Positions 10,037 to 21,234 of a stretch of 64,000 nucleotides of DNA are shown one piece after another (the stretch's first letter is position 1; the number at the start of each line of letters is the position of its first letter). The translations under genes were made by a program, and so were the position numbers. The notes below the pieces were generated by a model that saw nothing but the letters and a program-made list of their open reading frames with translations, was not told the origin of the DNA and ran no database searches. Location of the stretch: the NCBI GenBank assembly GCA_965261345.1, contig OZ253449.1:800001-864000 (forward strand), written 5' to 3'. This stretch comes from Chloroflexota bacterium (lineage in GTDB: Bacteria > Chloroflexota > UBA11872 > VXNJ01).

Positions 10037-10907
10037 GCGACCGGGTCGGTCGGTTGTGCCGGGACGCCGAGAAATTGATCCTGCGCCAGGATCGCCGCCG
10101 CGCGGCTGAGATCGCCGCTATGTTGCGGCCCGGCTACCTGGAGCGGGTGGCTGGCTGGCTGATTCGGCCCGGAACCCGCCTGCTGCTGGCCACCGGATTC
10201 TCAGTTGCCGGGGCGCCCGAGACCGATGGCCCGCCCGGTGCTCGGGCGATCGCCGATGCGGTCCGCATCGGCGGTGGAGAGGTCCTGGTGGTTTGTGACG
10301 ATCCCACCGTCGCGGTTGTAGGAGCGGCCCTGGGAGCGGAAACCCAGGTCGCGGTAATGCCGATCGGGGATGACGCCGATTCGCAAACCTGGGCCACGGC
10401 ATTAATCGATAAATTCCGGCCGACGGTGGTCGGATTCATTGAACGCTGCGGCGTGGCCGCGAAGGCCGCTACCGCTCGATGCGGGGCCTGGACCTGAGTC
10501 CGGTAACCGCTCAAACCGACTTTCTGATCGCTGAAGGTGTGCCCAGTTTTTCAATCGGTGACGGTGGGAATGAAGTTGGATTTGGCAGGCTTTCGGACGA
10601 ACTGGTGAAGCATTCGATTACGCCCTGGCCGTCGGTTTCGGTAGTTGATGAGCTGATAGTGGCCGCCGTATCCAATTGGGGCGGCTACGCGCTGGCGGCG
10701 GCCATCGCCTGGCAAACCGAGCTGGACATCGATGCAATCTTACCGAGCGCCGGCGTCCACGCCGACCGATTGGAACAGATCTTTCAACTCGGGGCGGTCG
10801 ACGGATATTCGGGGCTGCATCGGCCCATGGTTGATGGGCGGCCATTCGAGAGCGAAGTCGGGATCGTAAACGACCTCAAGAGAATCGGAAAATCAGCAAA
10901 TGATTAG
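10033..10907 (+). pseudogene. DUF4392 / D-glutamate cyclase-like gene split by a 1-nt deletion near 10460
   Basis: TGF..ETDGPPGA..IERCG in one frame, then GRYRSMRG..IGDGGNEVG..VSNWGGY in the next. Confidence 0.75.
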
Positions 10908-10946
10908 ACTCCTTGGCGTTCAATTCCGGGGCGATAAGATGGCAAA

Positions 10947-11966
10947 TTGCGCAAGGTAAGACTTGGCCGTACCGGCGCACTGGTCTCACAATTGGGCTGC
11001 GGCGCGATGTGGTTCCGCAGCATGAGTCAATCGGCAACCGATGCCGCGGTAAGCCACGCCCTTGACCGCGGGGTAAGCTATTTCGACTGTGCCCGATCGT
11101 ATGGGGACGCCGAGATCAAATTGGGCCGAGCGATCGGGAGCCGCCGTGAGAGCGCCTTTATCGCCACTAAAAGCGCGGCCCGCGAAAGCGCGGCGCTGAC
11201 CGCCAGCATCGACGAAAGCCGACAACGTCTAGGAGTCGACCGCCTAGATCTGCTCCAACTCCATTACGTAAATTTCCAGGACGATTTCGACAAGATAGTT
11301 GCCCCCGGGGGAGCGTTGGAGGCGGCGCGGGCGGCCCAGGCGGAGGGACTGGTCGGCAATGTAGGGATCACCGGACATCGGCCGGAAAAACTGGCACAGT
11401 GGTTGCAGATTGCCCAATTCGACACAGTGCTTTTTCATCTCTCCCTAGTCCAACCTTTCGCCGCCCATGATTTGATGCCCACCGCTCGTCGCTTGGACGT
11501 GGGGATGCTGGCCATGCGGCCGACCGGCTCGGGTGTTACCAGCCAGTACCGGAGTTTTTTGCGGTACGTGGCCAGTCAGCGGCCGGACGTAATCGTAAGC
11601 GGACTAACCAGCGCCCGGATCGTAGACGAAAACATGGCGATCCTGGACGATCTGCCCGACTCGGCCGAAACCGGTCGCTTGGAATATCTGGCCGACGAAT
11701 ACGGGGCCAACTTTTGCCGGCGCTGCAACTACTGCAACTGTCCGGTCGGGATCGAGATTCCCGATGCGATGTTGGCCGAACATGTCTGGCGCGCCGGCAA
11801 CCTTTCAGGCGACGGCCGCAAGACCTGGGATGAGGCGGTGGCGGCGGTGGCCGATTGCGCCGGGCATGCGCCCTGCCAGGTGGAACCCATCTGCGAGAGC
11901 AAGTGTCCGTACGATCTTCCGATCCGAAAAACGATGATCGGAATCGCCGAAGCCGACGGGCCATAG
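10947..11966 (+). CDS. Aldo/keto reductase with C-terminal Fe-S motif
   Basis: LGRTG, FDCARSYG, IATK, DLLQLH; CRRCNYCNCP...CESKCP. Confidence 0.88.
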   Translation: MRKVRLGRTGALVSQLGCGAMWFRSMSQSATDAAVSHALDRGVSYFDCARSYGDAEIKLGRAIGSRRESAFIATKSAARESAALTASIDESRQRLGVDRLDLLQLHYVNFQDDFDKIVAPGGALEAARAAQAEGLVGNVGITGHRPEKLAQWLQIAQFDTVLFHLSLVQPFAAHDLMPTARRLDVGMLAMRPTGSGVTSQYRSFLRYVASQRPDVIVSGLTSARIVDENMAILDDLPDSAETGRLEYLADEYGANFCRRCNYCNCPVGIEIPDAMLAEHVWRAGNLSGDGRKTWDEAVAAVADCAGHAPCQVEPICESKCPYDLPIRKTMIGIAEADGP

Positions 11967-11977
11967 CCGGCGGCGAG

Positions 11978-12523
11978 ATGACTGTCGCTCAATCCCTGCC
12001 GGTCCTCCTGATCAGGGCGGCATTCCTTTCGCCGTCGGCCTGGAATCTTCTCCTGGCTAGTCCGGCGCTCTGGCGGATCGGGCTATTTTTAGCCGGATTG
12101 TCCGGTGCGTGCGGGGTACTGGGATTGAGTATCGGGCGCAATCTTGCGGCGGGGACCTTAATAGTCAACCTGGCGATCGGGACGGGGCTGAGCCTGGCCG
12201 GCTGCTTTGTGGTCGCTCTGGCCGCCCACCTAGTCATCAATCGCCTCGGTTCGGGCCGCGGCAATTGGGATAGCATGCTGGGCGCGGTCGGATGCGCCCA
12301 CGCAGTCGGCATCCTCCTACTGGCAATGGCCCTGCCGGCCTGGACATTCGGCGTCTGGGCGGTTGTTGCCGTCTGGACCCTGATGCTGGCGGCCGGCGGC
12401 GTCGCCAACGCCGCCCGGGCATCACTTCCGATAAGCCTGCTGGCTGTTATCGCACCCTACGTCCTTTGGGCCGTGCTCCAACTTACGATTTGGGCGCTAC
12501 TGGCGATACCGGCCACCGCCTAG
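11978..12523 (+). CDS. Yip1-like multi-pass membrane protein
   Basis: About 5 hydrophobic helices; directly follows the AKR gene. Confidence 0.55.
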   Translation: MTVAQSLPVLLIRAAFLSPSAWNLLLASPALWRIGLFLAGLSGACGVLGLSIGRNLAAGTLIVNLAIGTGLSLAGCFVVALAAHLVINRLGSGRGNWDSMLGAVGCAHAVGILLLAMALPAWTFGVWAVVAVWTLMLAAGGVANAARASLPISLLAVIAPYVLWAVLQLTIWALLAIPATA

Positions 12524-12524
12524 A

Positions 12525-12917
12525 TCAGCGTCGGGTTATCCGGTCGGTCGAAATAAGGTCCGCCGCCCGGCCCCGGCGGGGGGCAAATCCCCGGTAGGCC
12601 ATCTCCAAGATCGGCTCTAATCTCAGCCGACGCACCAGCACCGCCATGGGCGCGAGGCAGCGAATCTCGGCGGCAATGGCAATCAACGCTCCCGCCCCGT
12701 CCAGCAAGCGATCTTTGGTCAACAGGCGAATCGAACCGCGCTGCCCGCGAGGACTATTGCCGGCCGGCAGATCGTCCCGGGACACCTCATTGGCCGGGAC
12801 AATCGCCAGGGTTGCATCGCGGTCCAACCGGGCAATCGTGGCGGCCGACCAGCGGCAAAATCCGCATTCTGCGTCGTAGATGACCAGTGGCCGCGCGTTT
12901 TGGGTGGAAATTTCCAT
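12525..12917 (-). CDS. DCC1-like (DUF393) thiol-disulfide oxidoreductase
   Basis: VIYDAECGFC (DxxCxxC) motif. Confidence 0.85.
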   Translation of the reverse strand: MEISTQNARPLVIYDAECGFCRWSAATIARLDRDATLAIVPANEVSRDDLPAGNSPRGQRGSIRLLTKDRLLDGAGALIAIAAEIRCLAPMAVLVRRLRLEPILEMAYRGFAPRRGRAADLISTDRITRR

Positions 12918-13099
12918 GGCCGTTTCGTCGTTCGTGGGTTAATTCAATTTGAAGGAAAATCTACCGCGGTCGGCAATTGGTTGCCAGCCGCTGCCAGATT
13001 CTGGCAATTTGCAACATTGGCGGGCGCAAAGGTGCGCTCCCCAGCCGGCAAGCATTTTGCGGTCGAAAAGGAGCAGGCCGCCCCAACAGTTTCTGTCAG

Positions 13100-13190
13100 G
13101 GAGAGGTGCCCGAGTGGTCATAAGGGGTCCGTCTCGAAAACGGATAGGCGTGGATTAAGCGCCACGTGGGTTCGAATCCCACCCTCTCCG
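13100..13190 (+). tRNA. tRNA-Ser(CGA)
   Basis: GGAGAGG/CCTCTCC acceptor stem, anticodon arm TCCGT-CTCGAAA-ACGGA, long variable arm, GTTCGAATCC. Confidence 0.95.
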
Positions 13191-13236
13191 CCGCCGGCGC
13201 AGCCTACTGCCAGGAGGTTTGGAACCCAAAAAATTG

Positions 13237-13323
13237 GGAGAGGTCGCATAGTGGACTAGTGCGCACGCCTGGAAAGTGTGTAGGGTAATACCCTCGTGGG
13301 TTCGAATCCCACCCTCTCCGCCA
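13237..13323 (+). tRNA. tRNA-Ser(GGA)
   Basis: Anticodon arm CACGC-CTGGAAA-GTGTG, variable arm, T-loop, encoded CCA. Confidence 0.95.
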
Positions 13324-13378
13324 TTTGCATTAGCCGAGGATTAAGACTTTGTCCACATATCGCTCACGCTGTCCCGGC

Positions 13379-13428
13379 CGCAAGACCAGTCTTGCGAATC
13401 TGGCCGGCCGGCCAGATTGCGAATTTTT
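13379..13428 (+). terminator. Tandem hairpins after the tRNA pair; probable terminator
   Basis: CGCAAGAC/GTCTTGCG hairpin, perfect palindrome AATCTGGCCGGCCGGCCAGATT (13397-13418), then a T-run. Confidence 0.5.
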
Positions 13429-13521
13429 GATCACCTGCGAAATGCCCGCATCCCCACCAAAGTGAGCTTTAGGCCCGCTGTAGGGCGGCGGCGGTTGCCC
13501 CTGTACCTTGTATGTTCCAAA

Positions 13522-14648
<1,127 letters not shown>

Positions 14649-14860
14649 ACGCCGGGCAGGTCCGATCGCTCTTGCGGGCAAGGTCCCTGGCGAAGCCATG
14701 CCCGGGATCGGGCTATTGCGGCGATTACGCATCCGGTTATCGCCTGTCGATCGGGCTGCGGTCACTATGAACCGCGGTCGGGGCGCTGGATCTATCCTCC
14801 CCTTTCTCCTGGACCCCTCTGACCCCACCTCTGCCGGAATTGACAATCAAGACAATTGCT
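14649..14860. repeat. Conserved ~210-nt non-coding right end, shared with IS110-C (21345-21569)
   Basis: Shared blocks GCAAGGTCCC, CGGGATCGGGCT, GCGGCGATT.CGCATCCGGTTA, CTATGAACCGCGGTCGGGGCGCTGGAT, GGACCCCTCT. Confidence 0.85.
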
Positions 14861-14865
14861 TTAGG

Positions 14866-15075
14866 TAGCTTCATCTGACTAAGCAATTGGGCATGCGCGA
14901 TGCTCTGCTCAGCCTGGATGAAGTCAAGGTCAGCGGCCGGGAGTAACCAATCGCCCCTTGTGTCTTTTGAGCACCGTGGGGGGGACCCGTGCCCCGGTGC
15001 AGCTGGCCGCGGCAGATGCCCCGTGGAGAGTTTGCGTCTTAGAACGCCGGTACAGGGATTGGCAGGTGTCGTGGC
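14866..15075 (+). ncRNA. Bridge RNA of IS110-B (ends approximate)
   Basis: 5' stem CTTCATC/GATGAAG; LTG CAATCGCCC 14948-56; RTG G7 14978-84 against flank C7 16383-89; LDG and RDG match the element ends. Confidence 0.75.
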
Positions 15076-15125
15076 GGACCTTCAATGCGATCAATACCAT
15101 CGCGCACCACACATGGGGAAGGACC

Positions 15126-16367
15126 GTGAAAGAACACACTTCCTGGTACGCCGGTATCGACTGGGCCATCGCCGAGCACCAGGTCTGCATCATCGACGCT
15201 GACGGCAACGAACATGGTCAGCGTAATTTCCCGCATCGTGGATCCGGATTGGCGGCCATGGCCGCCTGGATCCTGTCCCGCACCGGAACCGACCCCGAAG
15301 ATATCGCCATCGCCATTGAGGTGCCGCATGGACCGGTGGTCGAGAGCCTGCTCGATCGCGGGTTTAAAGTGCATGCCATCAACCCCAAGCAACTCGATCG
15401 CTTCCGTGATCGCTTCTTCCCAGCCGGCGCCAAGGACGACCGCCGCGATGCCAGGGTCCTGGCCGATGCCCTGCGCACCGATCCGCAGGTGCTGCGGCAG
15501 CTGGCATCGCCAGATCCCTTGACCGTGGAGCTAAGAGAGTTCTCACGTTTGGCTGAGGAGCTCACCAAGGAGCGCACCCGCCTTAGCAACCGGGTGCGAC
15601 AACAACTCTGGCGCTACTATCCGCAGGTCCTGGAGATCAGCAACAACGTCACCGAGCCATGGATCCTGGATCTGTGGCAGATGGCTCCCACACCGGAGAG
15701 GGGGCGGCGATTGAGTCGAGGCCGGGTAACCCGGTTGCTAAAACGCCATCGCATCCGTCGCATTGATGCGACAGGCGTGCTCTCGATGCTGCGCCAGGAA
15801 GCGATAAAGGTGTCTCCGGGCACAACCGAGGCTGCCGTCGCGACGATCACCCTGGTCGCCGAACGTCTAAAGCTCATCCAGCGTCAACTGCTCGAGGTCA
15901 ACACCCAGATCGACCGCTTAACCGATGCCATCGCCAACGATGCACTGGGTGAGAGCGGGCAGCGCGACGTGGCCATCCTCTCATCTCTTCCCGGAGTCGG
16001 AAGGACGGTCCTCGCCACACTGCTCACCGAGGCGCATGATCCTCTTATGCGGAGAGACTATCGCGCCCTGCGCTCATTATGCGGAGTTGCGCCGATAACC
16101 AAGCGATCGGGCAAGAGCATGATCGTTGTCCGACGCCATGCCGTCCATCGTCGACTCGCCAATGCCATGTACCACTGGGCCCGGGTGGCGGTTCAGCATG
16201 ATCCGGTCAGCCGACGCAAATACGACGCATTACGCCTTCGAGGCCATCGGCATGCAAGGGCGTTGCGATCGGTAGCTGACCGTTTGTTGGCGGTGGTCTG
16301 CGCTATGCTGCGTAACCAGACCCTTTATCAGCCAGAACTGCTCCGGAGTGATGCCGCAGCGGCTTGA
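15126..16367 (+). CDS. IS110-family bridge recombinase B (different subgroup), intact
   Basis: GIDWA, IEVPHG, KDDRRDA, LPGVG, KRSGK; GTG 15126 preceded by GGGGAAGG. Confidence 0.93.
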   Translation: MKEHTSWYAGIDWAIAEHQVCIIDADGNEHGQRNFPHRGSGLAAMAAWILSRTGTDPEDIAIAIEVPHGPVVESLLDRGFKVHAINPKQLDRFRDRFFPAGAKDDRRDARVLADALRTDPQVLRQLASPDPLTVELREFSRLAEELTKERTRLSNRVRQQLWRYYPQVLEISNNVTEPWILDLWQMAPTPERGRRLSRGRVTRLLKRHRIRRIDATGVLSMLRQEAIKVSPGTTEAAVATITLVAERLKLIQRQLLEVNTQIDRLTDAIANDALGESGQRDVAILSSLPGVGRTVLATLLTEAHDPLMRRDYRALRSLCGVAPITKRSGKSMIVVRRHAVHRRLANAMYHWARVAVQHDPVSRRKYDALRLRGHRHARALRSVADRLLAVVCAMLRNQTLYQPELLRSDAAAA

Positions 16368-18281
16368 CAAATGGTAGAGAGTCCCCCCCGGGGGGAACTG
16401 GAATTGGAATTCCACAACGGCCTCGGTGGATTCGCGGCCAACGGGAGCGAGTACGTTACCGTGCTCGGCCAAGGGCAGTGGACCCCGGCACCCTGGGTAA
16501 ACGTGGTTGCCAATCCGGAGTTTGGATTCCTGGCGCCCGAATCCGGATCGGGCTATACTTGGTCGGCAAACAGCCGTGAAAACAAGCTAACGCCCTGGAA
16601 CAACGACCCGGTTTCCGATACGCCGGGCGAGTCGTTTTACGTAAGAGACGAGGACGCCGGGACGGTCTGGGGACCGACCACCCTACCGATTCGCCAGGAA
16701 CGCTGGCCCGATGTCATTCGGCACGGTCAGGGGGTATAGCCGGTTCGAGCACACGTCCCACGGTATCGCCCTGGATCTGACCCAGTTCGTGCCGCTTAGG
16801 GATTCGGTAAAAATACCATGCCTCATTCTTTCCAATGAATCGAGCCGCACCCGGCGCCTTACCGTTACCGCCTACGCGGAGTGGGTGCTCGGAGTTACCC
16901 GGAACCGTTCCGCGCCTTTCGTGGTTACCGAAATTGACGCCACCACCGGGGCCATGTTTGCTCGCAATGCGTGGAACGGCGAATTTTCGGGCGGGTTGCT
17001 TTCGCCGCTATGGCCGGGAGTCAAACCTCCTGGACCGGTGACCGGCTTGAGTTCCTCGGCCGCAACGCGAGCCTCGATCACCCCGGGGCGTTAGCGCGCG
17101 GGGAGGCGCTGTCCGGCAGGACCGGAGCCGGCCTTGATCCATGCGCAGCGATTCAGACGAAGCTGGAACTCGAGCCTGGGCAGCGCGTCGAAGTGGTGTT
17201 CCTGCTCGGCGAGGATGCCAATTCCGAGGAGGCTCGCTCGCTGGTCGAACGCTACCGCGTCCTAGATTGCGAGTTGGCGCTCGGCGAGGTAGGCGCGCAC
17301 TGGGACCAGATCCTGGAAACAATTCAGGTAAAAACCCCGATCCGGCGATGAAGCTGCTGTTCAATCGCTGGCTCCTTTACCAAGTCCTTGCATGTCGAAT
17401 CTGGGCCCGTTCGGCGTTTTACTAGGCCGGTGGCGCCTACGGATTCCGCGATCAACTCCAAGGCTCCCTGGCGTTGGCGGTGTCCAATCCGCAGATCTTG
17501 CGCGAGCACGTATTGCGCGCCGCATCGCGCCAATTTAAAGGGGGACATCCAGCATTGGTGGCATCCTCCGACCGGCCGAGGGGTTCGGGCCCAGTTATCC
17601 GACGACCGCCTCTGGCTTCCGTATGCCGTAACCCACTATCTGCACGCCACTGCGGATCATCCCGTTCTAGACGAGGAGGTGGGGTGGATTGAGGGACTGG
17701 CGCTGACGCCTGAACAACAGGAACCCTACTTTGAACCAACTAGCTCAACGGAAGCGGCGAGTCTTTACGAACACTGCGCGCGGGCCTTGGACCGCAGCTT
17801 TGCGGTTGGCAGTCATGGGCTCCCGCTAATCGGCGCTGGCGACTGGAACGACGGGATGAACCGGATTGGCCACCATGGACGCAGGGAAAGCGTATGGCTG
17901 GGCTGGTTTCTTGAAACGAACCTGCGGAATTTTGCCCGGATCGCCGAATCCCGCGGCGAGAGCCGGTGCTCCGCCAGCTGGCGGAGCACGGCCGATTCGC
18001 TCGTAAATTCGCTGGAAGCGGAGGGGTGGGACGGCAAGTGGTATCGTCGCGCGTTTTTCGACGATGGGTCCCTGCTCGGCTCTGACGAAAACGAGGAGTG
18101 CCGGATCGACGCGATCGCCCAGTCTGGGGCGGTCATATCCGGTGCGGGCGACCCTGGGTGGGCGCGCCTGGCAATGCGATCTGTGGAGGAGCGGCTCATC
18201 CGGCGCGGCGACGGCCTGATGCTGCTCTTTGATCCGCCATTTGACAAGACGTCACCAGACCCCGGCTTGTATCTTGACTTC

Positions 18282-18460
18282 GGATAGTCCCGGGCGCGGC
18301 AGACCGAACCCCGCTAGGTTGTCGACAAACCGTGCCGTAGCGTGGTCGCCGCACCCGGATATCCCCTACCTGCGAGCCCGAACGATTGATTGGGCCGCCA
18401 CTTCTGCGGCAGAGCCCGCATTTTGCAAGCGTGGGCGACCAGTAGGGGATGCTAATGGAG
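18282..18460 (+). ncRNA. Bridge RNA of IS110-C (ends approximate)
   Basis: LTG AACCCCGCT 18307-15; RTG GCCGTAG 18334-40; LDG ACGATTGAT 18382-90; RDG GCAAG 18425-29; same scaffold as A. Confidence 0.82.
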
Positions 18461-19309
18461 TTTTGCACATGCACGACGCTGCGATATATGTGGGCATCGA
18501 CGTCAGCAAGGACGGCGTGGACGTGGCCGCCGGATCCGGGGGCGCGGTACGGAGGTTCGCCAACACCCCGGCCGGAGTCGGGAATCTGATAAGGCGCCTC
18601 AAGTCCTTGTTGGTGGCCCTGGTCGTACTTGAGGCCACCGGCGGCTACGAGGAGCGTTTGGCCGACGAATTGGACGACGCCGGTCATGCGGTGGCGGTGG
18701 TGAACCCGGGCCGGATCCGGAGTTTTGCCCGTTCGCTGGGGGTCCTGGCCAAGACCGACGCCATCGACGCCAGGATAATCGCGCGCTATGCCGAGGTGGT
18801 CAAACCCCCGGCAAGGGTCCAGCCGTCCAGGGCAGTCCGCACCCTGGCGGCACTGGTCGGCCGCCGCGACCAGCTGCTGGCCATGCAGGTCGCAGACCGC
18901 AACCGATTGGAGCTGGTCAGCGACCCGACCGTCCGAGGTGACATCCGCCGCGCGGTCGCCGGCTTCAAGCGGCGCATAACGACCCTGGACCGCAAGATCT
19001 CCGCCGCCATCGCCGCCGACCGCGAGCTCAAGGCCCGCGACGAGCTGCTGACATCGGTTCCGGGCGTGGGGCCGGCGTTGGCCTCGACCATGGCCGCCTA
19101 CCTACCCGAATTGGGCAGCCTCGACAACAAGGCCATTGCCGCGCTGGTGGGGGTGGCGCCCTTTAACCGCGACAGCGGACGCTCCAGCGGCAAGCGGTAC
19201 GTCTGGGGCGGCCGGAGCCAGATCCGGAAGGTGCTGTACATGGGAGCGCTGGTGGCCACGCGGCACAATCCGGCTATCAGGGCGTTCTACGAACGCCTGG
19301 TTGCGGACG

Positions 19310-21234
19310 TTCGCGGTAGGGACACCGATTGCTCGGTGCCCCCCGCACAAATCCGTACGTGCGCGTTAACGCATACGGCTTTTAGCTCGGGTATTTGACG
19401 GCAAAGCGGTATGCGGGCCACGGGTGGAGGATTCGGGCAGGGGGAAGATGTGCGGCGCTCAAGGCGCGCAGTCGCTCCCATGGGAAGCGGTCGTTTTGCG
19501 AGCGGCGGCGGATGCTGTGTAGCCACAGGCGCTCAAGCTCATGTTTGAAGCTTGAGAGGTGCCTGGAGCTGGTAGGAACGGCATAGTAGCCGAACCAGCC
19601 CTGCAACACCATGCCGAGCCATTGCCCGGTCTCCGCTGGATCGTCGTGCATCGCTGCACGCAATCGCTCCTTGATCGCCTTCAGGGTGCGTCGAACGCGC
19701 TTGGCGATGGGCTTGCGCCCCAGTCCGAACCGTCCGTTTCGTTTTATCCGGCAGTAGTGAGTGAAGCCGAGGAAGTCGAACGTTTCCGGTCGCCCCTCGC
19801 CGCGCTTGCGGCGGCTCGCTTGTGCGTATCTGCCGAACTCGATCAGGCGGGTCTTGTGGTCTGCAAGCTCTAGTCCGTACTCTTTCAGCCTGTCCTGCAA
19901 ATCCTTTGCAAATCTGGCCGCATCGCTGCGGTGTTGAAACGCCAGTACGAAGTCATCCGCGTAGCGGACTATATAGACCTCGCCGCTGGCCCGTTCGGGC
20001 CGCCATTCTTTGGCAAACCACGAGTCCAGGACTTTATGCAGGTACACGTTGGCAAGCAGCGGCGAAATCGGCGCCCCTTGCGGTGTTCCCTGCACGCTGT
20101 CGGATAGTTCTCCGGCTTCCATTACTCCGGTGCTCAGCCATTTGCGGATTAGGCGCAGGACGCGGTTGTCTCCGATTCGCTCTCCCAGGAACGAGATGAG
20201 TCGCTCGCGGTCGAGATGGTCGAAGAAGCCTTTTATGTCGGCGTCAAGAATCCAGTTGACTTTTCGGCGTTCGATGGCGTAGGCCAACGCGTCCAGCGCG
20301 TCGTGCGCCGACCTTTTGGCCTGAACCCGTATGAGAACCCGGCAAATTCCGACTCGTAGATCGGGTCGAGGATTTGTTGACACACCGCCCGCTGGAGGAT
20401 CTTATCCTCTATGGATGCGATTCCGAGCGCTCGCGTCCCCCCGTCCGGCTTGGGTATCTCTACCCTGCGGACGGGGGTCGCCCGGTAGCTCTGTCGGAGT
20501 ACTCGGTCTTTTAGGTCGAGAAGGTTCTCTTCCAGGTTCTCCTCGTACATCCTCCACGTGATCCCGTCGGCGCCGGGGGCGGCTTGGGGCTTTAGCCCGT
20601 AGAACGCATCCCTTAGCGCGTCAAGGTCTACGTGGCGGGGGAGCGCGGTGAGTTTCTCCTCTGGGTTCTCTTTGGCGTGTTGCCGTACGCGTTCGGCTCC
20701 GGGTGACACGGGAACCCACCCCTGGGTGTAGTCCGTGCCGGTGCCTGGCGCGTTCCTCTTGCTTGCGGCCCTTCTCTCCAGCGGCTCCGCCGAGGACTGC
20801 TCCTCCTTGTTCGCCGCCTTCGCAGGTACTATGGCCGCATCAGACTTCTGCACATCGTGCATCATCGGCTACGGATACCTCCTTCCCGATGCGACCCCGG
20901 ATCTGCGAGTGAACCGGGGTAATGCGCAGATCTCCCAGTTCCCGGCATTGGACGTACGAACGTGCCTGGGTTCTTCGACACCGCAGAGCCCGGCGCTGAC
21001 TGGCCCTTCGCGCCAACGCCGGTGTTGCCTTCGACCGCTTACAGGGTCTCGGCGCTCCGGAATTTATTCTTGTTTCGGTGCTCAATAGCCCTGCCCGCCC
21101 GCGCCGCTGTCAACGCTTCATGCCCGGCCTCGCGACCGGTCACGCATGACTCGCGGAGTGCTGCGGATTGGCTCCTTTCCTTTCAGCATGCGGGACTTTC
21201 ACCCGCTGTCCAATGCCAGTTAGACTGGCCGTTC
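19310..21234 (-). mobile_element. Group II intron (IIB-like, probably bacterial class E)
   Basis: DV AGCCGTATGCGTTAACGCGCACGTACGGATT, DVI ...CCCTACCGCGAA, DI stems, EBS1/2/3 pairing to flanking exons, RT ORF in DIV. Confidence 0.92.
19382..20865 (-). CDS. Intron-encoded RT/maturase without En domain; frameshift at T4 run 20314-17; true start possibly GTG 20709
   Basis: RRVEIPKPDGG, DKILQRA, SYGFRP|KRSAHDAL, DADIKGFFD, GTPQG, YADD, FDFLGF, X domain. Confidence 0.9.

Noticed and set aside
13165-13322. Identical 3' ends of the two tRNA-Ser genes as attL/attR
   Set aside because: Both are complete tRNAs with different anticodons.
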